Shown here piece after piece: positions 28,576-36,595 of a stretch of 64,000 nucleotides of DNA (position 1 is the stretch's first letter; every line of letters starts with the position of its first letter). The stretch is from positions 187,972 through 251,971 of the forward strand of contig CAZVLS010000003.1 in NCBI GenBank assembly GCA_964628295.1, written 5' to 3'. Below the pieces are notes generated by a model. The model was not told the DNA's origin. It searched no databases and worked only from the letters and a program-made list of their open reading frames with translations. Both the position numbers and the translations under genes were made by a program. This stretch comes from an uncultured Acidobacterium sp. GTDB taxonomy: Bacteria; Acidobacteriota; Vicinamibacteria; Vicinamibacterales; UBA2999.

Positions 28576-28595
28576 ACGAACCTTTAGGTTCGTCC
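28574..28595. terminator. Perfect 9-bp stem / 4-nt loop hairpin shared by convergent genes
   Basis: GGACGAACC-TTTA-GGTTCGTCC. The rpiB stop codon (28584-28586) is in the loop, and T-rich sequence follows on the + strand. Confidence 0.6.
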
Positions 28596-29018
28596 TTCGA
28601 TCTTCGCGACGCGGTTCGCATGGCGACCGCCTTCGAACGGCGTCTGGAGGAAGATCTTGACGATTTCGCGGGCGCGTGACTCCGGCAGGATGCGCGCGCC
28701 CAGCGCCAGCACGTTGAGATCGTTGTGTTCACGCGACAGGCGCGCGGTGTCGGTATCGACGATCGGCGCGGCGCGGACGCCGGCGACCTTGTTCGCGGCG
28801 ATCGACATGCCGACACCGGTGCCGCACACCAGGATGCCGCGGTCGAACCTGCCGGCCGCCACACCATCAGCCACCTGCCGCGCGTAGTCGGGGTAATCCA
28901 CTGACTGTGCGTTGGAGGTGCCGAAGTCTTCGTAGGTGATCCCCATCTCGTCGAGCAGCTTCTTCAACGAGTCCTTCAGCTGGTAGCCGGCGTGATCAGC
29001 GCCGATCGCGATCTTCAT
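28584..29018 (-). CDS. rpiB: Ribose-5-phosphate isomerase B
   Basis: ATG 29018 gives MKIAIGADHAGYQLK. Motifs are ILVCGTGVGMSIAANK and LALGAR, with a length of 144 aa. Confidence 0.92.
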   Translation of the reverse strand: MKIAIGADHAGYQLKDSLKKLLDEMGITYEDFGTSNAQSVDYPDYARQVADGVAAGRFDRGILVCGTGVGMSIAANKVAGVRAAPIVDTDTARLSREHNDLNVLALGARILPESRAREIVKIFLQTPFEGGRHANRVAKIEGRT

Positions 29019-29034
29019 TGCCGATAGTATAGAC

Positions 29035-30207
29035 GTGCAGGCAATGAGTACAGCGATCCTGAAACCTCGCGGCGAAGATCGAGTGCGCGGCGGGCACCCC
29101 TGGGTGTACCGCTCCGACATTGCCGATGTCGTCGATCCCGAACCGGGCGCCGTCGTCGAAGTGCGCGGCGCGCGTCAGAAAATGCTCGGTCACGCGCTGT
29201 TCAGCGACGAATCGCAGATCACGATCCGCATGATCTCGCACGACGAGACGCCGATCGACGATGCGTTCTGGCGCGCGCGGCTCGAAGCGGCGATCCGCTT
29301 CCGCGAGTCGCTGCAGCTCAATGCGACCGCGTTTCGCCTCGTGCACGGCGAAGCCGACCTGTTGCCGTCGCTGATCGTCGATCGCTACGCCGATTACCTG
29401 GTGATGCAGACGCTGTCACAGGGAATGGATCGCCTGTCGCCGACCCTGGTGCGCCTGCTCGCCGAGATCACCGGTGCCAAGGGCATCCTGGCGCGCAACG
29501 ATCCGAAGGTGCGCCGGCTCGAAGGTCTCGAGCAGAAGGTGGAAATTCTGTTTGGCGAGGTGCCGCCCACGATCTCCGTTGCAGAGGTGGGCATCACCTA
29601 CAACGTGGATCCGTGGCACGGACAGAAGACCGGGTTGTTCCTGGATCAACGCGAGAACAGGGAGGCCGCCGCGCGTTACGCGCACGGCCGCATGCTCGAT
29701 TGCTTTAGTTACAACGGCGGATTTGCGCTGGTGCTCGCCTCGAAGTGCGAATCCGTCGAGGCCCTCGACGTGTCGGCCGACGCGGTCGAGCGCATCACCG
29801 CGAACGCGAGCGCCAACGGCATCACCAACCTGACCGCCCGCGAGGCGAACGTCTTCGACGAGCTGCGCCACCTCGAGCGTGAGGGTGCCCGCTACGATAC
29901 GATCGTCCTCGATCCACCCGCCTTCGCCAAGAACAAGGCCTCGATTCCCAATGCCCTGGCGGGCTACAAGGAAATCAACCTGCGGGCGCTTCGGCTGCTC
30001 AATCCGGGCGGCTTTCTCATCACCTGCAGCTGTTCCTACAACGTGGACGAGGCGATGTTCGCTGAAGCCGTGTTCGGGGCCTCGGCCGACGCCCATATCC
30101 CGGTGACCGTCGTCGAAAAGCGGATGCAGGGGCGCGACCATCCCGTCCTGCTGGGCGTGCCAGAGACGTATTACCTGAAGAGCTTTATTCTCAGGAAGTT
30201 AGCCTAA
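29035..30207 (+). CDS. rlmI: Class I SAM-dependent rRNA m5C methyltransferase (RlmI-like, PUA + MTase)
   Basis: Motifs are GHPWVYRSDI (PUA-like N-terminus), LVHGEADLLPSLIVDRY, MLDCFSYNGGFAL and LDPPAFAK. The start is GTG 29035 or ATG 29044. Confidence 0.8.
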   Translation: MQAMSTAILKPRGEDRVRGGHPWVYRSDIADVVDPEPGAVVEVRGARQKMLGHALFSDESQITIRMISHDETPIDDAFWRARLEAAIRFRESLQLNATAFRLVHGEADLLPSLIVDRYADYLVMQTLSQGMDRLSPTLVRLLAEITGAKGILARNDPKVRRLEGLEQKVEILFGEVPPTISVAEVGITYNVDPWHGQKTGLFLDQRENREAAARYAHGRMLDCFSYNGGFALVLASKCESVEALDVSADAVERITANASANGITNLTAREANVFDELRHLEREGARYDTIVLDPPAFAKNKASIPNALAGYKEINLRALRLLNPGGFLITCSCSYNVDEAMFAEAVFGASADAHIPVTVVEKRMQGRDHPVLLGVPETYYLKSFILRKLA

Positions 30208-30405
30208 AATTAAGGGGGCCGGATGCCGATAAACAGGCCGCCGCGTCCCGCCGTAGCTAGATCACGACGGCGGATCCGCCCACTGGCTACATTCGCGTAA
30301 GTGATGGTAGCCATTAGAGGTTTGAGGAGTGACAGCCCTGTAATGGCGTTGTACACTCCCCAACCGCTGTTATTCGGTTACAAAGCAATACGTTCGGAGG
30401 AGAAG

Positions 30406-31767
30406 ATGGCTAATCGTATCGTCGGCCGGATCTTGATCGGGGCGGTGGGCGCAGTGGGCTTCCTGGCCCTGCCTGCAACACTCTCAGCTCAGACGGCCAC
30501 ACCCACGTTCACCAAGGACATCGCGCCGATCTTCCAGAACAAGTGCGAATCGTGCCATCGGCCGGACTCGATCGCGCCGATGTCGCTGCAGACGTACCAG
30601 GAAGCGCGCCCGTGGGCACGTTCCATCCGCGACCGCGTGGCGTCGCGCAACATGCCGCCCTGGCACATCGATCCGGGCGTGGGCATTCAGCACTACCAGA
30701 ACGACCGCTCGCTGACGCAGAAGGAAATCGACACCATCGTGAAGTGGGCTGCCAACGGTGCGCCGCAGGGCAACCCGGCCGACATGCCCCCGCCCGTGAA
30801 GTGGGCCGCTGGTAACGATTGGAACTACGCGTCGAAGTTCGGCGGACCGCCGGACATCATCGTCCGCTCGCCGAAGTACAAGCAGAAGGGCGGCGCCATG
30901 GATGCGTGGTACAAGCCCGTCTCCGAAGTGCCGCTGACCGAGCCCCGCTGGGTCCGCGCCATCGAGATGCGTCCCGGCACGCTGAAGGGCCGCAAGATCA
31001 CCCATCACGCGCTTGCCTACCTGATGCAGGACGAGAAGGAAGCGATCGCGTCCGGCTTGATCAGCGCCGACAACGACAGCGGCGCCGGCCTCTTCATGGA
31101 ATGGGCCGTCAACAAGGAAGGCGAGATCATGCGTCCCAACACCGGCAAGCTCCTGATGCCGGGCGCCAAGATGCGCTGGGACATTCACTACAGCGACGGC
31201 GGGGAAGACATCGAAGACACCGTCGAAATGGGAATCTATCTCTACCCGAAGGGCCAGGAGCCGAAGTTCCGCACGATGCTGTCGCTCTACAGCGGCGTCA
31301 CCGGCGGCAACCGCAACCTCGACATCGCGCCGAACTCGATCAGCGTGGGCCAGAACTTCCACGTGATGCGCAAGGCCGGCCGCGTCGAGAACTTCCAGCC
31401 CCACATGCACCTGCGCGGCAAGGCGATGATGGTCGAAGCCATCCTCCCGAACGGCCAGCAGCAGGTCCTCGGCCACGTGCCGAACTTCGAGTTCAACTGG
31501 ATGAACAACTACGTGTTCGCGGATGACTACGCGCCGCTGCTGCCGAAGGGCACGATCCTGAAGATCACCGCGTGGCACGACAACACCGCCGCGAAGAAGA
31601 GCAACCCCGATCCGAACCAGTGGATTGGCTGGGGCGACCGCACCGTGGACGAAATGGCCCACGCGTGGATCAACATCACCTACATGAGCGATGACGACTT
31701 CAACAAGGAAGTCGAAGCGCGCAAGGCGAAGTTGGCGAACACGACCGATCGCCAGCAGCAGCAGTAA
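30406..31767 (+). CDS. Secreted heme c (CxxCH) / PHM-DBM-like two-copper monooxygenase-fold fusion protein, paralog 2
   Basis: GGAGGAG lies upstream of ATG 30406, followed by a signal peptide. Motifs are CESCH (30544-30558), RNMPPWHIDP, ITHHALAY...DIHY and HMHLRG...FNWM...VDEMA. Confidence 0.8.
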   Translation: MANRIVGRILIGAVGAVGFLALPATLSAQTATPTFTKDIAPIFQNKCESCHRPDSIAPMSLQTYQEARPWARSIRDRVASRNMPPWHIDPGVGIQHYQNDRSLTQKEIDTIVKWAANGAPQGNPADMPPPVKWAAGNDWNYASKFGGPPDIIVRSPKYKQKGGAMDAWYKPVSEVPLTEPRWVRAIEMRPGTLKGRKITHHALAYLMQDEKEAIASGLISADNDSGAGLFMEWAVNKEGEIMRPNTGKLLMPGAKMRWDIHYSDGGEDIEDTVEMGIYLYPKGQEPKFRTMLSLYSGVTGGNRNLDIAPNSISVGQNFHVMRKAGRVENFQPHMHLRGKAMMVEAILPNGQQQVLGHVPNFEFNWMNNYVFADDYAPLLPKGTILKITAWHDNTAAKKSNPDPNQWIGWGDRTVDEMAHAWINITYMSDDDFNKEVEARKAKLANTTDRQQQQ

Positions 31768-31783
31768 GGAATTCGTTTTATCG

Positions 31784-31836
31784 AACGCCGGGGTTTTCGG
31801 CCAGCAACTTCCGAAAACACCCGGCGTTTTTGTTTT
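31784..31836 (+). terminator. Rho-independent terminator
   Basis: A 17/18-nt stem (AACGCCGGGGTTTTCGG / CCGAAAACACCCGGCGTT, one bulge) has a 10-nt loop and is followed by TTTGTTTT. Confidence 0.8.
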
Positions 31837-31882
31837 CCGCCGAGCCTTCGGCGGATGTGTGACGCTGTTCAGGGAGCTTCGG

Positions 31883-32785
31883 ATGATGTCATTGAAAGTG
31901 CAGTTCGGGCGCGTGGTGGCAGGGCTGGCCGCGGTTGCATGTCTGTCGGGAGCGCCTGCCGCGGCGCAGACCCTCGCCGTGGAACCGCTCAAGGATTCTG
32001 GTTCGAACGTCTATCCGGCCTACGAAGGTTGGTACCAGAACGCCGACGGCAGCTACACGTTGCTCGTCGGGTACTACAACCGCAACAAGAAGCAGACGCT
32101 CGACATTCCAATCGGTCCCGAGAACAAGATCGAGCCGGGCGGCCCCGACCAGGGTCAGCCGACGCACTTCACGGTCGGCCGCGGCTGGGGCACCATCGCG
32201 ATCAAGGTGCCGAAGGATTTCGGCGACAAGAAACTGACCTGGACGATCACGGCGAACGGCCGCACGGTGTCGGTGCCGTTCGGTGTCACCAAGGGTTACC
32301 AGATCGAACCGTTCCTGGACGCCGCGATGGGCAACAAGCCTCCGGTGATCAAGTGGACGGAAAAGGGCGCCGAATTGACCGGTCCTCCCGCGCCGCTGTC
32401 CGCCGCGCAGGTGTTCAACGGCGCGGTTGGGGAAGACGTCACGCTGACCTACTACGTGACCGACGACGGCCATGAAGAACCGCCGACGGGTGGCTCGGCT
32501 GCCGCCCCGCCCCCGGGAGGCGCGCAGGCGCCGCCCCGTCGCCCGCGCGTCAGCACCACGCTGACCAAGTATCGCGGACCCGGCGACATCACCTTCGCCG
32601 ACAACACGCCCGCAATCGAGAAGGACAAGGTGACGACGACGGCGAAGTTCTCATTGCCCGGCGAATACATCATCCGCATTGAAGCCAACGACTCATCGGG
32701 CGTGGGTGGCGGCGGCTTCCAGTGCTGCTGGACGACGGCGTACATGAAGGTCAACGTGAAGGCTGCGAACACCGGCGGCAAGTAA
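31883..32785 (+). CDS. Secreted hypothetical protein (unknown family)
   Basis: ATG 31883 gives MMSLKVQFGRVVAGLAAVACLSGAPAAAQ (signal peptide). The protein is 300 aa with a Pro/Gly/Ala-rich linker and a C-terminal ...NDSSGVGGGGFQCCWTTAYMKV. Confidence 0.6.
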   Translation: MMSLKVQFGRVVAGLAAVACLSGAPAAAQTLAVEPLKDSGSNVYPAYEGWYQNADGSYTLLVGYYNRNKKQTLDIPIGPENKIEPGGPDQGQPTHFTVGRGWGTIAIKVPKDFGDKKLTWTITANGRTVSVPFGVTKGYQIEPFLDAAMGNKPPVIKWTEKGAELTGPPAPLSAAQVFNGAVGEDVTLTYYVTDDGHEEPPTGGSAAAPPPGGAQAPPRRPRVSTTLTKYRGPGDITFADNTPAIEKDKVTTTAKFSLPGEYIIRIEANDSSGVGGGGFQCCWTTAYMKVNVKAANTGGK

Positions 32786-32814
32786 CGGACCATCAGCTTT
32801 CGGTATCACATCAA

Positions 32815-32853
32815 GCGCCGCGGCTCATCGAATGGGTCGCGGCGTCTTCATTT
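32815..32853 (+). terminator. Weak hairpin plus T-rich tail after the hypothetical gene
   Basis: GCGCCGCG ... CGCGGCGT forms an 8-bp stem (one G.U) with a 15-nt loop, followed by CTTCATTTG. Confidence 0.3.
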
Positions 32854-32898
32854 GCGCCGGTAATTCCAATTTTCTGAATCGCGCCATAAGCGAACGCA

Positions 32899-32927
32899 AT
32901 TGACTGTCCAGTTTCATCGCTGTAAGG
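32899..32927 (+). promoter_or_regulatory. Sigma70-like promoter candidate for the TonB-dependent receptor gene
   Basis: TTGACT (32899-32904), a 17-nt spacer and TAAGGT (32922-32927) lie about 80 nt upstream of ATG 33010. Confidence 0.3.
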
Positions 32928-33009
32928 TCAGTGGTGCTTTTGGCGAGGGGCGCCCGCCATCTCTTAGCGGCAGGTGTGTTTGGGGCTCGTTCGTTGATTG
33001 GGGGATTAG

Positions 33010-36000
33010 ATGGCGCCTAAGTTTGTTGTACGAACTTTCTTGTTTGTACTCGCAAGTCTCGTTCTGGTGCCCGCGGTGGCGCGTGCCCAGAGCGTATTCA
33101 CGGGAACGGTGAAAGACACGTCGGGCGCAGTGATGCCCGGTGTGACGGTCGAAGCAGCCAGTCCGGTGCTGATCGAGAAAGTGAAATCCGCAATTACCGA
33201 CGAGAACGGCTTGTACCGCATCGTCGACCTTCGTCCAGGCACCTATACCCTCACCTTCACGCTCCCGGGCTTCAACACCCAGACGCGCGCGGGCGTGGAA
33301 CTGCAGTCCAACTTCACGGCTACCATCAACGTCGAGTTGAGCGTGGGCACGCTGCAGGAATCCGTCACGGTGTCGGGCGCGTCGCCCGTCGTTGACGTGC
33401 AGCAGAACGTGAAGCAGCAGGTGCTGACGCGTGAAGTGCTCGACGCGGTGCCAACCGCCAAGACCATTCAGGGTCTCGGCCAGCTGGTGCTGGGCGTGAC
33501 GCTGAACTCGCCGGACGTCGGCGGTTCGCGCGCCATGCAGCAGACCTACTTCGCGATCCGCGGCACGGGCGGCGCACAGTCGGTGGTGCTGGTCGACGGC
33601 ATGATGACCAACGGCCTCATGGGCGACGGCGCCGTGCAGGCCTACCACAACGAAGCAATGAGCCAGGAAATGGTCTACCAGACGGCCGGCGGTTCGGCAG
33701 AAACGCAGACCGGCGGCATCACGATGAACCTGGTGCCCAAGGACGGCGGCAACCAGTTCAAGGGAGGCGCCAAGTGGGCGCGCTCGCCCGAGTCGTGGCA
33801 GGGCGACAACCTGACCGACGAGCTCAAGGCCAAAGGCGTCACCGGTGTCGACAAGATTGCGCACTTCGAGGAGTTCAACGTCGAACTGGGCGGCCCGGTC
33901 GTCAAGAACAAGCTATGGTTCTTCGGCGCGTTCCGCCAGGCGTATTACGACAAGCCGATTGCGAACACGTTTATGACCGACGGCTCGCTGCCGTATCCGC
34001 AGGCCTACGCGCGCTGTGCGGCCAACCCCAACTCGTGCGAGCAGGGTGTTTCGGACGAGAAGATGGCCAACCCGGTCGTGCGCCTTACCTGGCAGGTGTC
34101 GGAGCGCAACAAGTTCGCGGTCTACATGGACCGCGCGCTGCGTCTGCGCGGCCATGCCATGGGCGCGCTGACCGATCCGAACACCGCCTCGGTGATCTGG
34201 AACACGCCGCAGTTCACCACCGGCTCAGCGAAGTGGACGTCGACACTGTCGTCAAAGCTGCTGGCCGAAGCCGGCCTGTCGTTCAACCGCGAGTACTACG
34301 ACAACTTGTATCAGCCCGGCATCTTCGCCGAGCGTGGCACGCCGGCCTGGTACCGCAACGTCCGCAAGGACGACACCAGCACGGGCTTTCTCTGGAACGC
34401 ATCGGGCGCGCAGCTCGGAAACTACCCCGACCGTTTCGTGTGGCAGGGCTCGCTCTCGTACGTGACCGGTGCGCATAACGTCAAGGTTGGCGCGAATCAC
34501 CAGTCCGGCAAGTATCGCCGTTACAACAACGCCAACGCCGATCTCTACCAGACCTATAACAACGGCGTACCGCTCCGCGTGACGGTGCTCAACACCCCGC
34601 TCGAAGTGCAGGAAAACCTCGATCACAACATCGGCGTCTACGCCCAGGACTCGTGGAATCTGGGCAAGCTGACGCTGAACTATGGGCTGCGTTTCGACAC
34701 CAATCGCGCGCGCATCGTCGGGCAGAAGGCCATGCAGGGCCGCTTCGCCAATGTCGCCGCTTACGACGACATCAAGATGCCGGTGTGGAACGACTTCTCA
34801 CCGCGCCTGTCGGCGGTTTACAACCTCTCGGGCGACGGCAAGACCGCCATCCGCGTCGGTTACAACAAGTTCGTGACCGCGCAGACCACTGGCTTCGCGC
34901 AGCTGTACAACCCGACCGCGCTCACCACGCAGCAGCTCGCGTGGACCGACGTCAACGGCAATGACATTGCCGACGGCGAACGCGGCTGCACCGGCTACCC
35001 GGCGGTTGGTTGCGAAATCAACTTTGCCGGCCTGCCGGCCAACTTCGGCGTCCGCTCGCTCGCGCAGTTCGACCCGGACCTGAAGCGCCCGTATCAGCTG
35101 GCCTTCAACGCCGGCATCACCCACGAAGTGTTCACCGGCTTCACGGCGACCTTCGAATACTTCCGCAGCGACTTCAAGAACATCACGGTCCGCCAGAACT
35201 CGCTGCGCACGGCCGCCAGCTACGACCAGTTCACGATCGCCAGCCCGCTCGATGGCAGCAACGTAAACGTGTGGCTGCCCAAGCCTGGCGTCGCGTCGCA
35301 GGTCGCCAACATCGACAGCACCAGCGAGGACATGAAGCGCGCGTATAACGGCTTCGACATGTCCTTCAATGCGCGCCTGCGTGGCGGCATCCGCGCGTTT
35401 GGCGGCTACAGCATCGAGCGCACGATCAACAACGTGTGCGTGGCGGCGCTCAGCGACCCGAACCGCAGCCTCTACTGCAACCAGGCGGACAGCGGCATTC
35501 CCTGGCAGAAGCAGATCAAGGCCACGGTCGTCTACCCGATTCCGTTCCAGCAGATCACGCTCAGCGTCGCGTACCAGGGCCTGAACGGATATCTCGCCGG
35601 TACTGCGGCGCAGGCTTACGGCGGCTTCACCGCCGGCACCGGCTTCGACAATCCGCGCGGCCTCGGCACGTTCTATCAGATCGCGCCGACGACGCGTTAT
35701 GCGGCCGACTGCAAGGGCGCATGCACGCCGGGCGCGCTGGTGCTGCCGGCAATGGCAGCCAGCGGGTTGGCGACGATCAGCGTGCCGCTCGTGGCGCCGG
35801 AAACGGAATTCACGCCGCGCATCAACCAGTTCGACATCTCGCTGAGCAAGGCCGTTGACCTGGGCCGCGTCCGCATCATGCCGAAGCTGGACGTCTTCAA
35901 CGCGCTCAACTCAGACGACTACACCTCAGTTGCGACGATGCAGTACGGCGCAGCGACCTACGGCCGCCCGTCGGTGATCCTCCAGGGCCGCATCATTCGC

Positions 36001-36024
36001 ATCGGCGCGAATGTGACCTTCTAG
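33010..36024 (+). CDS. TonB-dependent outer-membrane receptor with N-terminal carboxypeptidase-regulatory-like domain
   Basis: 1004-aa ORF with a signal peptide. GTVKDTSGAVMPGVTVEAASP...ENGLYRIVDLRPGTYTLTFTLPGF is CarboxypepD_reg-like. A plug-like region and a long beta-barrel follow, ending in an aromatic residue (...IGANVTF). Confidence 0.85.
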   Translation: MAPKFVVRTFLFVLASLVLVPAVARAQSVFTGTVKDTSGAVMPGVTVEAASPVLIEKVKSAITDENGLYRIVDLRPGTYTLTFTLPGFNTQTRAGVELQSNFTATINVELSVGTLQESVTVSGASPVVDVQQNVKQQVLTREVLDAVPTAKTIQGLGQLVLGVTLNSPDVGGSRAMQQTYFAIRGTGGAQSVVLVDGMMTNGLMGDGAVQAYHNEAMSQEMVYQTAGGSAETQTGGITMNLVPKDGGNQFKGGAKWARSPESWQGDNLTDELKAKGVTGVDKIAHFEEFNVELGGPVVKNKLWFFGAFRQAYYDKPIANTFMTDGSLPYPQAYARCAANPNSCEQGVSDEKMANPVVRLTWQVSERNKFAVYMDRALRLRGHAMGALTDPNTASVIWNTPQFTTGSAKWTSTLSSKLLAEAGLSFNREYYDNLYQPGIFAERGTPAWYRNVRKDDTSTGFLWNASGAQLGNYPDRFVWQGSLSYVTGAHNVKVGANHQSGKYRRYNNANADLYQTYNNGVPLRVTVLNTPLEVQENLDHNIGVYAQDSWNLGKLTLNYGLRFDTNRARIVGQKAMQGRFANVAAYDDIKMPVWNDFSPRLSAVYNLSGDGKTAIRVGYNKFVTAQTTGFAQLYNPTALTTQQLAWTDVNGNDIADGERGCTGYPAVGCEINFAGLPANFGVRSLAQFDPDLKRPYQLAFNAGITHEVFTGFTATFEYFRSDFKNITVRQNSLRTAASYDQFTIASPLDGSNVNVWLPKPGVASQVANIDSTSEDMKRAYNGFDMSFNARLRGGIRAFGGYSIERTINNVCVAALSDPNRSLYCNQADSGIPWQKQIKATVVYPIPFQQITLSVAYQGLNGYLAGTAAQAYGGFTAGTGFDNPRGLGTFYQIAPTTRYAADCKGACTPGALVLPAMAASGLATISVPLVAPETEFTPRINQFDISLSKAVDLGRVRIMPKLDVFNALNSDDYTSVATMQYGAATYGRPSVILQGRIIRIGANVTF

Positions 36025-36050
36025 AGCAGGTAGGAGAGCTAAGGCAGGTA

Positions 36051-36082
36051 GGGCGGGTGGGTAACCACCCGCCCTGTTTGCG
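36051..36082 (+). terminator. GC-rich hairpin terminator after the receptor gene
   Basis: GGGCGGGTGG-GTAA-CCACCCGCCC forms a perfect 10-bp stem followed by TGTTTGCG. Confidence 0.65.
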
Positions 36083-36142
36083 TACGGCCTCTCCCGACCG
36101 GCCTTACCCGCCCCACCAGCCCTATACTGGCTCCAGTAGCCC

Positions 36143-36595
36143 ATGCTTTCCGCGCTGGTCCTGACCGTCTACATCTTCACGACGACCGATTGCCCCATTT
36201 CCAATCGGTACGCGCCGGAGATCCAGCGTCTCGCGGCCGCGTTCGGATCACAGGCCCGGTTCGTGCTCGTCTATCCCGTGCCGGGCGATTCAGACCAGGA
36301 GATTCGCGAACACAAAAAGAAGTTCGCCTACGCGCTCGACTCGGTGCGCGACACCGACCAGCGGTTGGTAAAGCTGACGGGAGTCACCGTCACGCCGGAA
36401 GTCGCGCTAATGAAGGGGGATCAACTCCTGTATCGCGGTCGCATCGATGATCGCTACATCGACTTTGGCAAGGATCGCATCAAGCCAACGACGCACGATC
36501 TTCAGGATGCGCTGACAGCTGCGATTGCCGGCAAGCCTGTTGCCGTGAAGGAAACACGAGCCGTCGGCTGTTTTCTTGCGGAGCTCGTGAAGTGA
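36143..36595 (+). CDS. Thioredoxin-fold (redoxin-like) protein with single-Cys CPIS motif and no signal peptide
   Basis: 150-aa ORF. It begins LTVYIFTTTDCPISNRYAPEIQRL, directly in the first strand/active-site region. An in-frame TAG lies 2 codons upstream of the ATG. It has a GTGA overlap with the next gene. Confidence 0.65.
   Translation: MLSALVLTVYIFTTTDCPISNRYAPEIQRLAAAFGSQARFVLVYPVPGDSDQEIREHKKKFAYALDSVRDTDQRLVKLTGVTVTPEVALMKGDQLLYRGRIDDRYIDFGKDRIKPTTHDLQDALTAAIAGKPVAVKETRAVGCFLAELVK

Noticed and set aside
28010-28867. A 285-aa - strand ORF contains SLQRLQFLQRLQFLQRLQSLQRFQ.
   Set aside because: The repeat peptide is the antisense reading of the 18-bp DNA repeat. The ORF overlaps rpiB and the SRPBCC gene and has shadow-frame composition.
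30484-31992. A 502-aa ORF lies antisense to heme c/PHM-like paralog 2.
   Set aside because: The sense-strand gene has a signal peptide, an RBS and conserved motifs shared with two paralogs. The antisense product is low-complexity.
36083-36142. A possible second inverted repeat or small RNA lies after the receptor terminator (ttacccgccccaccagccc versus gtagggcgggtgggtaa).
   Set aside because: Complementarity is only partial. It is more simply explained as the downstream half of the terminator region plus the promoter or leader of the redoxin gene, and there is not enough signal to call a feature.
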